From positions 15,635-79,634 of the forward strand of contig JANNWY010000141.1 of NCBI GenBank assembly GCA_031409335.1: a DNA stretch of 64,000 nt. Reading direction: 5' to 3'. This document shows, piece by piece, positions 1 through 10,234 of this stretch (its first letter is position 1; each line of letters begins with the position of its first letter). The notes below the pieces were generated by a model. It had not been told where the DNA came from. It did no database searches and worked only from the letters and a program-made list of their open reading frames with translations. The translations under genes were made by a program, and so were the position numbers. Source of the stretch: Chthoniobacteraceae bacterium. Its GTDB lineage: Bacteria > Verrucomicrobiota > Verrucomicrobiia > Chthoniobacterales > Chthoniobacteraceae.

Positions 1-7
1 GACTGCC

Positions 8-817
8 ATGAATACCAAATCACTCCGCCACATCACTGGCAGGACTCTCAGCCTCCTGGCCATCTCCTTCGCCCTCGCCGGAAGCCAGTCCGCGCTGGCG
101 GGCGACAACGACGAACCTGGGCCGCTGTTCCGCCATACGCACCCGCATTTCTATATCCTGCCGCCGCAACCGCGTGCCTTTGGTCTCATCTACGCCAAAT
201 GGTCGGCCAGGTGGTGGCAGTGGGCATCGGGCATCCCGATCGCGCAAAACCCATTGTTCGACACGACCGGGGAGTTTGGCGATCAGGAACAATCCGGCCC
301 GGTTTGGTTCCTGGCGGGAGCGTTCGGCGGCACCGTCGAACGGACGGTGACGGTGCCGGCTGGAAAGGCGCTGTTCTTCCCGCTCTTCAACACCCTGTGG
401 TGGGCACCCAACGATCTCCCTTTTGCCAGGGAAGTGGCAGAGACGTACCTAGGCAAAACTCCCGCTGAAATAGCACTCCTTTCGGACGTGGAGTTGATCG
501 GCCTCCTGTCGAACTTCTTTATCGATCCCACTCCCACATTGAGCCTCACGATCGATGGAGTCGAGGTTCGGAACCTCCTGGCTTACAGGAGGACCTCACC
601 TGGGTTTCGCATCGTCGATCGGGATCTGATTGATGATCTTGGCGCAGAACTTGATGTGAACAACACGGCCGTGTCTGCGGGTTACTGGATCATGCTGGCG
701 CCGCTTCGCCCGGGTGCCCACGAGATCCACTTCAGCGCCCAACAGCTCGGCCAACCCATCTCAGGTGATTTCTCGCTGGACGTTACCTATCACATCACCG
801 TCGCGCCGCGGCGGTAA
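8..817 (+). CDS. Secreted conserved hypothetical protein
   Basis: 269-aa ORF with a Sec signal peptide (..LLAISFALAGSQSALA). Motif WWQWA..P...NP.FD.TG...Q.GPVWFLAG is typical of a widespread uncharacterised family. Confidence 0.75.
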   Translation: MNTKSLRHITGRTLSLLAISFALAGSQSALAGDNDEPGPLFRHTHPHFYILPPQPRAFGLIYAKWSARWWQWASGIPIAQNPLFDTTGEFGDQEQSGPVWFLAGAFGGTVERTVTVPAGKALFFPLFNTLWWAPNDLPFAREVAETYLGKTPAEIALLSDVELIGLLSNFFIDPTPTLSLTIDGVEVRNLLAYRRTSPGFRIVDRDLIDDLGAELDVNNTAVSAGYWIMLAPLRPGAHEIHFSAQQLGQPISGDFSLDVTYHITVAPRR

Positions 818-828
818 GAGTCGGGGAA

Positions 829-903
829 AGCGGGGCGCGCGCTACAGCACGGGGGCTGTAGCGCAAGCGTCCCCGCTTGCCGTATCGCGAGCTCAGGCTT
901 GCC
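829..903. repeat. GTAG-type REP-like palindromic doublet
   Basis: Inverted repeat gcgctacagc..gctgtagcgc. The unit gtagcgcaagcgtccccgcttgccgtatcgcgagc (from 858) recurs at 12968-13083. Confidence 0.65.
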
Positions 904-1002
904 ACCAGCGACCGAACGCCGCTGCTCCGTGGGTTCGCTGAAAAAGACTCGGCACGATCCCCGCCGAGTGATGCAATGCGCGTGGCTCATCGAGGGGTGA
1001 CT

Positions 1003-4000
1003 ATGCCAGCGCCTGACCTACCTTCTCCCATCGCCGCGGAAGAAATCTTTCGCGTCGCAACCGCGCTGCCCGCGGCGGAACGCGCGGCGTATCTGGACGC
1101 GGCGTGTGAGGGAAAGGCGGGGGTGCGCTCGCGGGTCGGGCGGATGCTCGAAGTGCGAGGCATCGGCGCATTGCTGAAACAGCCGCCGGACGAACCGGTC
1201 CCCCCGGAAATCGAAGCCGAGTTGGCGCGCTTGAAGCCGGAGGAAGGCGGCGAACGCATCGGTAATTACAAGCTGCTCGAGCAGATCGGCGAAGGCGGCT
1301 TTGGCATTGTCTGGATGGCGGAACAGATCGAGCCGGTGCGGCGGCGCGTGGCGCTCAAGATCATCAAGCTCGGCATGGACACGAAGGAGGTGATCGCGCG
1401 CTTCGAGCAGGAGCGGCAGGCGCTCGCGATGATGGATCACCCGAACATCGCCAAGGTCTTCGACGCGGGCGCGACGCAGTACGGCCGGCCCTTCTTTGTC
1501 ATGGAATTGGTGCGCGGCATTCGCATCACCGAGTATTGCGATCAGAACAACCTGCCGACCGCGGAACGGCTCGCGCTTTTCATCCAGGTCTGCCGCGCCG
1601 TGCAGCACGCGCATCAAAAAGGGATCATCCACCGCGATCTCAAACCCTCGAACATTCTCGTCATGCTGCACGACGGCGTGCCTGTGCCAAAGGTCATCGA
1701 CTTCGGCGTGGCCAAGGCAACGCAGCAGCAGCGGCTCACCGACCTGACGATCTACACGCAGTTCCAGCAAATGATCGGCACACCGCTCTACATGTCGCCC
1801 GAGCAGGCGGAGATGAGCGGCCTGGATATCGACACGCGCAGCGACATCTATTCGCTCGGCGTGCTGCTCTACGAATTGCTCACCGGACGCACACCGTTCG
1901 ATCCCGAAGAGTTAATGCGCAAAGGCCACGATGAAATCCGTCGCGCGATCCGCGAACAGGAACCGCAGAGGCCCTCGACGGCTTTGAAATCGATGGCCGC
2001 CGAGGCGCAGACGGCAGTCGCGCAACATCGGCAGGCAGACGTTGCGAAGCTCATCAGCCAAATCCGAGGCGATCTCGACTGGATCGTGATGAAGGCGCTG
2101 GAGAAAGCCCGCAACCGCCGCTACGAAACCGCGAACGGCCTCGCGCTGGACATCGAGCGCCACCTCGCCAGCGAGCCAGTGCGCGCGCGTCCGCCAAGCG
2201 GTTTCTATCGCTTCCGCAAACTCGTGCGCCGTAATCAGGCGGTCTTCGCGGCGGGTGCCGCCGTCGCAGTCGCGCTGCTCGCGGGCGTGGCTGGCATCGC
2301 CTTTCAATGGCAACGCGCCGAGGCGGCCGGGCGCGTCACCCGCGAACGCCTCGCCCACGAGCATGTCCGCGCGGGACTTCGCATGGCGGAAGATGGCGAC
2401 GCCCTGCGCGGGCTGCCGCATTACGTCGAGGCGCTGCGGCTCGGGCTCGGCGATGCGGCGCGCGAGCGCGTCACGCGGCTGCGTTTTGAAGTGACGATGC
2501 GGCAGGCGCCGCAGCTCGCGCAGCTCTGGCTGCGGGAGCAGGATGTCGAAGCGCAGTTCGCGGAGGATGCCGGGCGCGTCGTCATCATCGACGGCATGGA
2601 GGCGCGGATTTGGGATGCGGCCTCGGGTGCGGCGGTTTCCGCGCCCATGCGTCACTCGGGAGAGCTGCGCCGTGGGTGGACGGACTCGCAGGCGTCTCGC
2701 GTGGTGACGGAAAAGCTCAGCGATCAAATCACCATTTGGGATCCTGCCACGACGCGGGTGCTGGCGGAGATGAGTGGCAGGGCGCATCTGCGCGCGGTGC
2801 TGGGCGGCCCGCGGCTGCGGCTCGCCGTGTGGCTGGCCAAGGGTCGCACCGTGCACTGCGTCTCTGCGTTGGACGGCGTGGTGGACGCCACTTTCGAGCA
2901 CCCGGATGTCGTCGAGTGGGCGGTCGCCGCGCCTGATGGGACGCGCGTTCTTTCTGCGACGAGCGACAGCCTGTATCTGTGGGACGTCGCGGCGCGCGAC
3001 CTTATAGTACCGCCGGTGGTTTTCGGCGGAAGGCCGGAGTACTGGACGTTTGATCCGACCGGACGTCTAGCGGGCCTGCGCGTTAAGAACGAGGACGGCC
3101 TCGCGGTGTTTGACGTGACCACTGGCACGTTTGCGGCGCGCGGCGCCGCCAGAAGCATGGGCGCCACCAGCCACGGCTGGCTCGACGGAAAGCGATGGGT
3201 GGTGCTTGCCCGCAATTTTTCCGGCTCGGCGTTGCGCGACCCGGTCACCGATCGGTTGCTCTTTGACGCGCCCAACGGGACGGGCACGACGGCCAGCTCC
3301 TTTGCCACGCGGCGCAATGTCTTCGCGCTGGCCGGTGAAAATGGCACCGCACAACTCTGGGATGCCGACACCGCGCAGGCCATCCCGCCGCGGCTCTGGG
3401 CGTCGGGCCGGGCTCACGCCATCCAGCTCGGGGCCGACGCCACGAAGCTCCTCGTCGTCACCAGCGAACCCGCGGTGCGTCTGTGGAAGATGCCCGCGCA
3501 TGGAGGCGCGGTCTGGACCGCCGTCGAAACGGCGGCGGCGGTCGCGACGTGGTGGAATGCGAAGAACGGGCAGCTTTGCACCGTCGGCACCGATGGCCGC
3601 CTCACCTGTCGCGACGCGACGACGGGCCACCAGGCAGCCGAGCCGTTGCCGCTCGACGAACCCCCGATGGCCGTCGTCCCGGATCGGGCCGGGAGGCTTT
3701 TCTTCGCGGCAGATGCCCGCGGTGCGCGACTCTGGGACGCGGAGACGAGGCACGCCGCCGGACCGCGCATTCCCTGCGCCGAGGTCATCCGCAGCGTGAC
3801 GCTCGACGCCGCAGGACGACTCGCGGCGATTCTCGCGGGCGAAAAGGTGCTCCTTTGCGACCCAGCCACCGGAGCGGTGCGGCACACGCTGGCGCAGCCC
3901 GCCGTGCTGCGCTGTCTGCTCAGCCCGGACGGCTCCCGACTCGCCACGCTCACGCTGACGATCGTGCAGCTCTGGGATACCGGGAATGGCCGCGCGATCG

Positions 4001-4692
4001 GCGAACCGATCGCCGTCGATATCAAGCGGCTCCATGCCTGTGCGACCTTCGATGCGACCGGCAAGCGCCTCGCCGTCTGGTGGGCGAAACCGGAGCTTCC
4101 CGGTCATGTGCGCATGATCGACCCCGCCACCGGCCACGATTTGCAACCGCCATACGAACACCCAGCCGTCGTCACCTCCGTCGCGTTTTCTCCGTCTGGC
4201 GACAGGCTGGTCACCGCCACCGGCGCCCAGCAGTTGTGGCTGTGGCGCATCGCGGACGGACGCCCCGCGCTCACACCCATCCTTCACGCCAGCGCGATCA
4301 GCGCGGTCGGCTTTTCCCCGGATGAACTCCTTTTCTGGAGCCGCTCGGCCCGGCAGTTCTACGCGTGGGAGACGGCAACGGGCGATGCGGCGGCACCAGC
4401 CCTGCATCATCTCGGTCCACCTCCACCCGAGCCCGGACGTCGACCCAGCGGTGCGCGGGTCACCTCCGATGACGAGGAAATCCGCATCGCTTGGAGCGCG
4501 GATTCAAGGGTCGCGACCTGCGACAGTCGCGGTGGTTTGAACCTGTGGGATTTCAGCGCAGGAACTCGCCCGCTTGAAGCGATGGACGCACTTGCCCGCG
4601 TCCTCTCCTCGCATCGCATCGATCCCAGCGGTGGCCTCATCCCACTGACCCGCGACGAATTGCGCGCGGCGTGGACGGCGGTGCATCGTTAG
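1003..4692 (+). CDS. Membrane Ser/Thr protein kinase (Hanks type) with C-terminal WD40 beta-propellers
   Basis: Kinase motifs IGEGGFG, VALK, HRDLKPSN, DFG and GTPLYMSPE, one TM helix (AVFAAGAAVAVALLAGVAGIAF) and multiple WD/W-D repeats. Start placed at ATG 1003 after gaggggtga. Confidence 0.92.
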   Translation: MPAPDLPSPIAAEEIFRVATALPAAERAAYLDAACEGKAGVRSRVGRMLEVRGIGALLKQPPDEPVPPEIEAELARLKPEEGGERIGNYKLLEQIGEGGFGIVWMAEQIEPVRRRVALKIIKLGMDTKEVIARFEQERQALAMMDHPNIAKVFDAGATQYGRPFFVMELVRGIRITEYCDQNNLPTAERLALFIQVCRAVQHAHQKGIIHRDLKPSNILVMLHDGVPVPKVIDFGVAKATQQQRLTDLTIYTQFQQMIGTPLYMSPEQAEMSGLDIDTRSDIYSLGVLLYELLTGRTPFDPEELMRKGHDEIRRAIREQEPQRPSTALKSMAAEAQTAVAQHRQADVAKLISQIRGDLDWIVMKALEKARNRRYETANGLALDIERHLASEPVRARPPSGFYRFRKLVRRNQAVFAAGAAVAVALLAGVAGIAFQWQRAEAAGRVTRERLAHEHVRAGLRMAEDGDALRGLPHYVEALRLGLGDAARERVTRLRFEVTMRQAPQLAQLWLREQDVEAQFAEDAGRVVIIDGMEARIWDAASGAAVSAPMRHSGELRRGWTDSQASRVVTEKLSDQITIWDPATTRVLAEMSGRAHLRAVLGGPRLRLAVWLAKGRTVHCVSALDGVVDATFEHPDVVEWAVAAPDGTRVLSATSDSLYLWDVAARDLIVPPVVFGGRPEYWTFDPTGRLAGLRVKNEDGLAVFDVTTGTFAARGAARSMGATSHGWLDGKRWVVLARNFSGSALRDPVTDRLLFDAPNGTGTTASSFATRRNVFALAGENGTAQLWDADTAQAIPPRLWASGRAHAIQLGADATKLLVVTSEPAVRLWKMPAHGGAVWTAVETAAAVATWWNAKNGQLCTVGTDGRLTCRDATTGHQAAEPLPLDEPPMAVVPDRAGRLFFAADARGARLWDAETRHAAGPRIPCAEVIRSVTLDAAGRLAAILAGEKVLLCDPATGAVRHTLAQPAVLRCLLSPDGSRLATLTLTIVQLWDTGNGRAIGEPIAVDIKRLHACATFDATGKRLAVWWAKPELPGHVRMIDPATGHDLQPPYEHPAVVTSVAFSPSGDRLVTATGAQQLWLWRIADGRPALTPILHASAISAVGFSPDELLFWSRSARQFYAWETATGDAAAPALHHLGPPPPEPGRRPSGARVTSDDEEIRIAWSADSRVATCDSRGGLNLWDFSAGTRPLEAMDALARVLSSHRIDPSGGLIPLTRDELRAAWTAVHR

Positions 4693-4748
4693 CAGCGCCG
4701 CTCAAGCGGGATTGTGAAAACGACCGTCAATATAGTCGCACTTCATTA

Positions 4749-4775
4749 GGGATGTAGGGATGTAGGGATGTTGGG
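4749..4775 (+). repeat. Tandem 8-mer (tagggatg x3) forming a G3N5G3N5G3N5G3 motif
   Basis: gggatgtagggatgtagggatgttggg between convergent genes. Confidence 0.7.
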
Positions 4776-4820
4776 TGCTTCGCACTTTGTAGGGTCGGCA
4801 GATGGAAGCGCGCCGCTCCT

Positions 4821-6971
4821 TTACCCGCGCCGGCACCGGAAGCTGCGCAATGCCGCCAGGCTGCCGAGGATCAAGAGCGTGGCGGCACCGGGTTCGGGCA
4901 CCGCTTGAGGTGCGTCGCCGGATGCGAGCGCGATGCCTTCGTCGAAGCCGGGTGCCGGGCTCGCGGGAGGTCCGAAATCGACGATGGCTCCATCGCCGAT
5001 GTTCAACACTGCGAGCGTCTGGCTCACTCCAAAGTAAGTCGTGCCCGCGGCGGCGTTGACGACATTGCTCCCAAATCCGACCGGGCTGTTCACATTGAGC
5101 CTGCCGCCGAGGATGTTGGTTGCGCCGGTGTAGTTGAGCGCGCCGCCCAGCGTCTGCGCTCCAGTGCCGATCTTGATCAGCGAAATCGCATTGGAAGCTC
5201 CATCATCTTGAATTGTACCGCCAAACACTCCCGTGCCATTGTTACTACCGAGAGTAAGTGTGGAAGGAGATGTCGCGGTATTAGTTATCTGGTTATTCGT
5301 ACTCGCGCTGGAAGTCAGCGCCCCGAAGGTCTCGCTGAAGCCATTCAGGTCCAGACTGGCAATGTCAATGCCGTTGATTGTGACGCTGGCGGTGTCCGGG
5401 ATCTGCTCGTTCGCCCCCAGCTTGACATATACCTGGCGGCTCACCGCAAGAGAGCTGATCGTCACATTGCCAGTCCAGTTATTGGGATTCAATGCGCTGC
5501 CGTTCGCCAGCATAATATTTGAGTTCGCATTCGCGAAGGTACAAATCTCCAGCGAACCACTTCCGGTGATTTGGCCTGAGATCTGCGAGAGGTTCCCACC
5601 GCTCGAGGTTGAGATGCGTGTGCCTCCCCGGAGCGTGACCGTGCCTCTGATGTTCGCCGTATTGTTTAGTCTGATCGCACCGGGGCCGGTGATCGCGCCG
5701 TCGAATTCTGTGGGTCCCACGCCCGAAATGAAAAAGTCATTGAAACACGTAGCAGCGTTAACGAGAAAAGCTTCCGCGCCAGGAAAGACCGTTACCGGAC
5801 CGGAGCCAAATGACGCGGCATTCGCCGCTCGGAATCGCCCTACATTTATGAAGGTCCCTCCTGAATAGGTATTTGCCACATTACCGAAAGCCACGTAACC
5901 GAGAACATTTACGCGGACAGGGAAGGTGCTGTCGCCATTATCTGCTATCGTTGAATTGATGGTAAGGTTGTTAGGACTGGTGGACGTGATATTGCTATCG
6001 ATGAACGTAATCTCGCCCGACGTGTTGTCAGCCCCGCCGGCTGTAAGCATTCCACCCTCCGCGACAGAGGCTCCGATGATCAGGTGCCTTGCGGTGCCGC
6101 TCGCTTGTGCGGCATTATAGATCCCGCCTTGTGCTCCCAAACGGAGAACGTTGCCCGCGCCGACTTCGACCGTTTGATTGGCCGTAGTGCCGCTGTAGAG
6201 CAGGGTATTGATCTCGGTGGTACCAGTGCTCACCAAAGTTACATTTCCGCCGCTGGATGAGATTTTGACGTTCTGCGTTGCGCCGCTCGCGATGGCAGTC
6301 CCCGGATCAGCCGTGGTATAACCATTGTATGCGATTACGTCCTTGCTCGCGTCGAGAGCCGCCCAGTCCGGGCCTGTAATGGCCCAACCCCCGAGCAATC
6401 CGCCACCAGCGGTGGCATCATTTGCCAGACCAGACAGGCTGAAGTTGATGCTGCCTCCGTCTTTTGCAAAGACGGCCGTCGCGCCGGGATTTCGCTGAAA
6501 CGCGCCGTTCAGATTCAGAACGCCGGAACCTGCGCCGGTCGCAATGGTGTGATTCCCTGCTGAGAGCGTCAGAGGAAGTGCGATCGTTTCCGCATTGCTG
6601 GAGCTGTTCGTGATATTACCGCCGGATACGGTCCCGGCACCCGCGCTAATTCCGGGTGAGATTGTCAAACCAGCGCCGGAAAGCGTGAATGCGCCTGCTG
6701 CCGCGTTGAATGTGATGCCATTGAACAAAGCACCGGCAGCGTAATTGTTCACCGGGCCAAGCCGAATGCTTCCGTCGAAGATTAGTGCGTCATTGCTTGC
6801 CGGCGCGATATCGGCATCCCAATTCGCTCCGGCCAACCAATTGTTATCGGTGCCGCCACCGTCCCACGTCTGATTGGCGGCATGCACCTCATTGCCGGAG
6901 ATCAACGCAGCCATGGCTCCCGTCAAAACCCACCGACGACGGCGGAAAGCGAGCAGAGTGAAGGTATTCAT
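4821..6971 (-). CDS. PEP-CTERM protein with autotransporter-associated beta-strand repeats
   Basis: Signal peptide from MNTFTLLAFRRRR, TWDGGG N-terminus, ANTYSGGT and KIGTGAQTL repeats, C-terminal VPEPG + TM + basic tail. Confidence 0.9.
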   Translation of the reverse strand: MNTFTLLAFRRRRWVLTGAMAALISGNEVHAANQTWDGGGTDNNWLAGANWDADIAPASNDALIFDGSIRLGPVNNYAAGALFNGITFNAAAGAFTLSGAGLTISPGISAGAGTVSGGNITNSSSNAETIALPLTLSAGNHTIATGAGSGVLNLNGAFQRNPGATAVFAKDGGSINFSLSGLANDATAGGGLLGGWAITGPDWAALDASKDVIAYNGYTTADPGTAIASGATQNVKISSSGGNVTLVSTGTTEINTLLYSGTTANQTVEVGAGNVLRLGAQGGIYNAAQASGTARHLIIGASVAEGGMLTAGGADNTSGEITFIDSNITSTSPNNLTINSTIADNGDSTFPVRVNVLGYVAFGNVANTYSGGTFINVGRFRAANAASFGSGPVTVFPGAEAFLVNAATCFNDFFISGVGPTEFDGAITGPGAIRLNNTANIRGTVTLRGGTRISTSSGGNLSQISGQITGSGSLEICTFANANSNIMLANGSALNPNNWTGNVTISSLAVSRQVYVKLGANEQIPDTASVTINGIDIASLDLNGFSETFGALTSSASTNNQITNTATSPSTLTLGSNNGTGVFGGTIQDDGASNAISLIKIGTGAQTLGGALNYTGATNILGGRLNVNSPVGFGSNVVNAAAGTTYFGVSQTLAVLNIGDGAIVDFGPPASPAPGFDEGIALASGDAPQAVPEPGAATLLILGSLAALRSFRCRRG

Positions 6972-7309
6972 GTCGGGAAGAACTGGCTGCGCGGATCGCC
7001 GGGATCCTGAATGCGGAGATAGCTCACACCGCCGTCGCTCAGCGATTCGATTCCACCGGGCTGATTCGCCTCGCTCAAAAGGCCGCCCAATCCGCTGCCA
7101 TCCCACGAATCCGAGCTGCCGCCACGCACCCATGTGCCATCGAGCGAATCGGCCACACCTGCCCCGCTGCCGAATGCCGTCCCGTTGCCTTCGTAAGAAT
7201 AGAGCCAGCCGCCTGCCGGGTCATCGTAGAGCACGCTCGTCGCCCAGCCCGTCGCGGCCCAGAGGCAGGCAGCGCAAGCGACTACGGCACGATATGCAAA
7301 GGTTGTCAT
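6968..7309 (-). CDS. Small secreted protein, possibly the truncated N-terminus of a larger surface protein
   Basis: Signal peptide MTTFAYRAVVACAACLWAATGWA, Gly/Asp/Trp-rich body (LDGTW..SDSWDGS). Stop overlaps the next ATG (ATGA). Confidence 0.55.
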   Translation of the reverse strand: MTTFAYRAVVACAACLWAATGWATSVLYDDPAGGWLYSYEGNGTAFGSGAGVADSLDGTWVRGGSSDSWDGSGLGGLLSEANQPGGIESLSDGGVSYLRIQDPGDPRSQFFPT

Positions 7310-7497
7310 ACGCCGGGCGGATACAATGAGGCAACTCGGCGAGCCGCGCCTTGGCAAGCTCGAAGTACGTGCGGGCAAGCGAGGCAGGAGCGTAAAGTTT
7401 TACGAAAAGTTGCGCATCCTTGTAATGCCGCGGGTGAGTTTTTCGTAGGAACAGTCGGAACCATTTTCGCCGCCCTTCGACTTCATCACAATCCGCC

Positions 7498-8127
7498 ATG
7501 CCCATGACTCGCCTTACTTTTGGCATTTCTAGCTGTTGCGCGATCATCATCGTCGCCGCTTTTCTTTTTCTTTCATCGGACACCCAAAGCAACGAACGGA
7601 TTCGCAAGTGGGATCGCGAAGTAACTTCGCCGCGAGAACAGCATCAGCACAACGTTCGTCCTGTCACGGCTCTTCCGGCCGCGGCGCTGCAGTCCGCGGA
7701 GGAAGCGCCAGGAACCCTGCCACCCGTCATGAATGCTGCACAACTGACACAACAAGTGGCTGAGCTTTCGGATGCAGTGGCGCGCCTTGAGCAGACTGCA
7801 CGAAATCTCGAGAACCGTATCTCGCGCTCAATCCGTCCGCTTCCAACCGGCGACGAAACCGAAGCCGGCCTTGCCCGAAGGAAAGCGGAACTCGACGCGC
7901 AGGCTAAAAGCTCCCAGGGGGCCACCGCGGAACTCCTGCGCTTTGCCGCGCGATTCGGCGTGGCTTTGGATGAGCGCGTCCTCACCGACCGAACCTTCTC
8001 CACGCCACTAGACAAGCAGCCTGGGTTTGAAGAGCTTCGCCTCGCTGCAACGACCAAGCTTCGTGTCTTGCAGGCTGTGGAGAGGAAATACGCAGCGGAT
8101 CTGCTGGACCGCGCTTCCATCCGATGA
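7498..8127 (+). CDS. Hypothetical membrane-anchored coiled-coil protein
   Basis: 209-aa ORF with an N-terminal hydrophobic helix and a heptad segment (LTQQVAELSDAVARLEQTARNLENRI). Confidence 0.55.
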   Translation: MPMTRLTFGISSCCAIIIVAAFLFLSSDTQSNERIRKWDREVTSPREQHQHNVRPVTALPAAALQSAEEAPGTLPPVMNAAQLTQQVAELSDAVARLEQTARNLENRISRSIRPLPTGDETEAGLARRKAELDAQAKSSQGATAELLRFAARFGVALDERVLTDRTFSTPLDKQPGFEELRLAATTKLRVLQAVERKYAADLLDRASIR

Positions 8128-8260
8128 ACCCGGAAATGACCAACCTTGCGCTGTAGCGTGAAACCGCCACGCCGGTCATCCCAAATACAAGGCGCTCCTA
8201 CCCTTTCTGCCTCCACAACGGAGGCCGAAAAACAAAACAAAAACAAAAGCAACAAGTCAT

Positions 8261-9082
8261 ATGATCACATCACTGAAAAAATGCTTCGGGCTCCTGAGCC
8301 TGACGAGAACTAGAAACATGCTCCTCGTTTCCTCAATCTGGATCGTCGGAGCCCTGCATCCCGCCTTGGGCCAGAACATCTACACCACCGGATTCGAGGC
8401 ACCGGACCTGGTGGCGGATCTCCCGCTTTCAGGACAGGACGGATGGACCCCGGCTGCCTTTCTTCCGCCCTTCCTCAGTAGCGACGCAGCGATTATCACT
8501 GCCGAGAAAAAAGGCGGTCAGATTGTGCGCGTCGAGGGCACAAATCTGGTCCATTCGGATTTCATCAATGGTGTCACCGACGGTTACTACGATGCCATCG
8601 GTTCCTACCGGCACGGCGTGGATTACGACACCGGAGGCACCCAGACCGTGCGGGTTTCGGCGGACGTGCGCCTCGACGGTCGGAGGACGCCCCACAGTAA
8701 CTTTTTCTCGGCCAGCATCGCAGCCATCGCCTACAACACTGACGGTGATTCCGAAGGCGTTGGGGAACTCGCCATCTCATCCGATGGACACGTCTATGGA
8801 TCCTCCGGCCAGGATCTGGTGCCTGAGTTTCTGACCAGCACGCACGTCGCGCTGGGGGTATCGCACCATCTGGCCATCGAGGTGGACTTTGCGGCGCGCA
8901 CCTATTCCTTCTACGTGGACGGAGACTTGGTGGGCACGTTCGCTTTCGCGCCTTTCAACCCATCCGGCGTTCTCCGGCGCGGTTCGATAATCGCCTACGC
9001 CGCTCCGGACACGAAAAAAGATAAAAAGGCGGATCACGCGGCGAACTACGACAACTTCGCCATCGAGGTCGTGTCGGAATAG
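8261..9082 (+). CDS. Secreted hypothetical protein, probable beta-sandwich (ConA/LamG-like)
   Basis: Signal peptide, YTTGFE..L.GQDGW N-terminal motif, HHLAIEVDF..RTYSFYVDG and YDNF motifs. A-rich leader before the ATG. Confidence 0.7.
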   Translation: MITSLKKCFGLLSLTRTRNMLLVSSIWIVGALHPALGQNIYTTGFEAPDLVADLPLSGQDGWTPAAFLPPFLSSDAAIITAEKKGGQIVRVEGTNLVHSDFINGVTDGYYDAIGSYRHGVDYDTGGTQTVRVSADVRLDGRRTPHSNFFSASIAAIAYNTDGDSEGVGELAISSDGHVYGSSGQDLVPEFLTSTHVALGVSHHLAIEVDFAARTYSFYVDGDLVGTFAFAPFNPSGVLRRGSIIAYAAPDTKKDKKADHAANYDNFAIEVVSE

Positions 9083-9099
9083 CAGGTCAGTGATTCGAC

Positions 9100-9154
9100 G
9101 CGGCAGCTTCGCGGCTCTGCGGATCCCATCCGCTACAGGGCCGCGAAGTGCCGC
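9100..9154. terminator. GC-rich stem-loop after the gene (terminator-like or mRNA-stabilising)
   Basis: gcggcagcttcgcggctctg ... cagggccgcgaagtgccgc inverted repeat, with no clear U-tract. Confidence 0.4.
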
Positions 9155-9256
9155 TCATCGCCGCTTTCCTGAAGGTTCGCCAACGTCGGGACGATTTCTG
9201 AAAGAAACCAAGCGGCAAACAACAAACAGACAGACAGCAAACCAAAAAAAAGCACC

Positions 9257-10234
9257 ATGAAAACAGACATATACAATAGGCACATCACCTCAGTTCAGCA
9301 GTACGCGGCCGGGGCATGGCCGCAGTGGGCCAGCGTTAAGCACTCCGGATTCAAGAGCACAATGATGACGAAACAGAAACTACTGGCGGCCTTGACGCTG
9401 GGCCTGCTCCTCAGCCTTCCGGGACTGGCGCAGGCACAGTATCTCTTCACCCCGATCGACGTGCCCGGCGCGCTTTCGACGGGGGCCAATGCGAATAGCA
9501 CAAAAGACATCGCGGGACAGTTCGACGATGCGGACGGGAATACCCATGGCTTCATCTTGAGCAAAGGCAGCTTCAGCACGATCGACATACCCGGCGCACT
9601 TTTCACCGTCATCAACGGGATCAACGCGCCTGGCCGGTTCACCGGAACCTACGCCGATGCCAGTGGAACGCCTCACGCCTTTGTCTGGAGCAAAGGCGTC
9701 TTCACCACGCTCTACCCGCCCGGGTCGATCCGGTCGCAAGGCGGGTTCATCAATGCGCAAGGCCAGGCCGTTGGAGCCTACCGGGATGCCAGCCAAAAAC
9801 GTCATGGCTTCATCTGGAAGGATGGCGTCTTCACCACGTTCAACGTGCCTGGCGACCACACGCCGCTCGGGACGGTGCCCCTCGGGACGAACGATGTCGG
9901 AGAGGTCGTGGGAAGTTACGTGGATGCGATTGGCGTCCGTCACGGCTTCCTGCGGAGCAGCGACGGCGTCTTCACGACACTCGACGCGCCCGGCGCGGAC
10001 GGCCTCACCGTGGCCGAGGGTATCAACAATGCCGGCACGATCGTCGGAGTATTCTTTGATTCATCCGGCACCAGCCATGGCTTCGTCCTGAGCAAGGGCG
10101 TTTACACGACGATTGATGTGTCCGACTCAGTCGGAACACAGATCAATTCGATCAACGCAAAAGGTGAAATCGTGGGAAACTATGAGGATAGCGATGGGAA
10201 CAACCACGGCTTCCTCGGAACGCCTGACCGCTAA
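9257..10234 (+). CDS. Secreted HAF-type extracellular repeat (beta-propeller) protein
   Basis: About six repeats of IN..G.I/VVG.Y.D..G..HGF. Signal peptide begins at MMTKQKLL (9362, an alternative start). Confidence 0.8.
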   Translation: MKTDIYNRHITSVQQYAAGAWPQWASVKHSGFKSTMMTKQKLLAALTLGLLLSLPGLAQAQYLFTPIDVPGALSTGANANSTKDIAGQFDDADGNTHGFILSKGSFSTIDIPGALFTVINGINAPGRFTGTYADASGTPHAFVWSKGVFTTLYPPGSIRSQGGFINAQGQAVGAYRDASQKRHGFIWKDGVFTTFNVPGDHTPLGTVPLGTNDVGEVVGSYVDAIGVRHGFLRSSDGVFTTLDAPGADGLTVAEGINNAGTIVGVFFDSSGTSHGFVLSKGVYTTIDVSDSVGTQINSINAKGEIVGNYEDSDGNNHGFLGTPDR

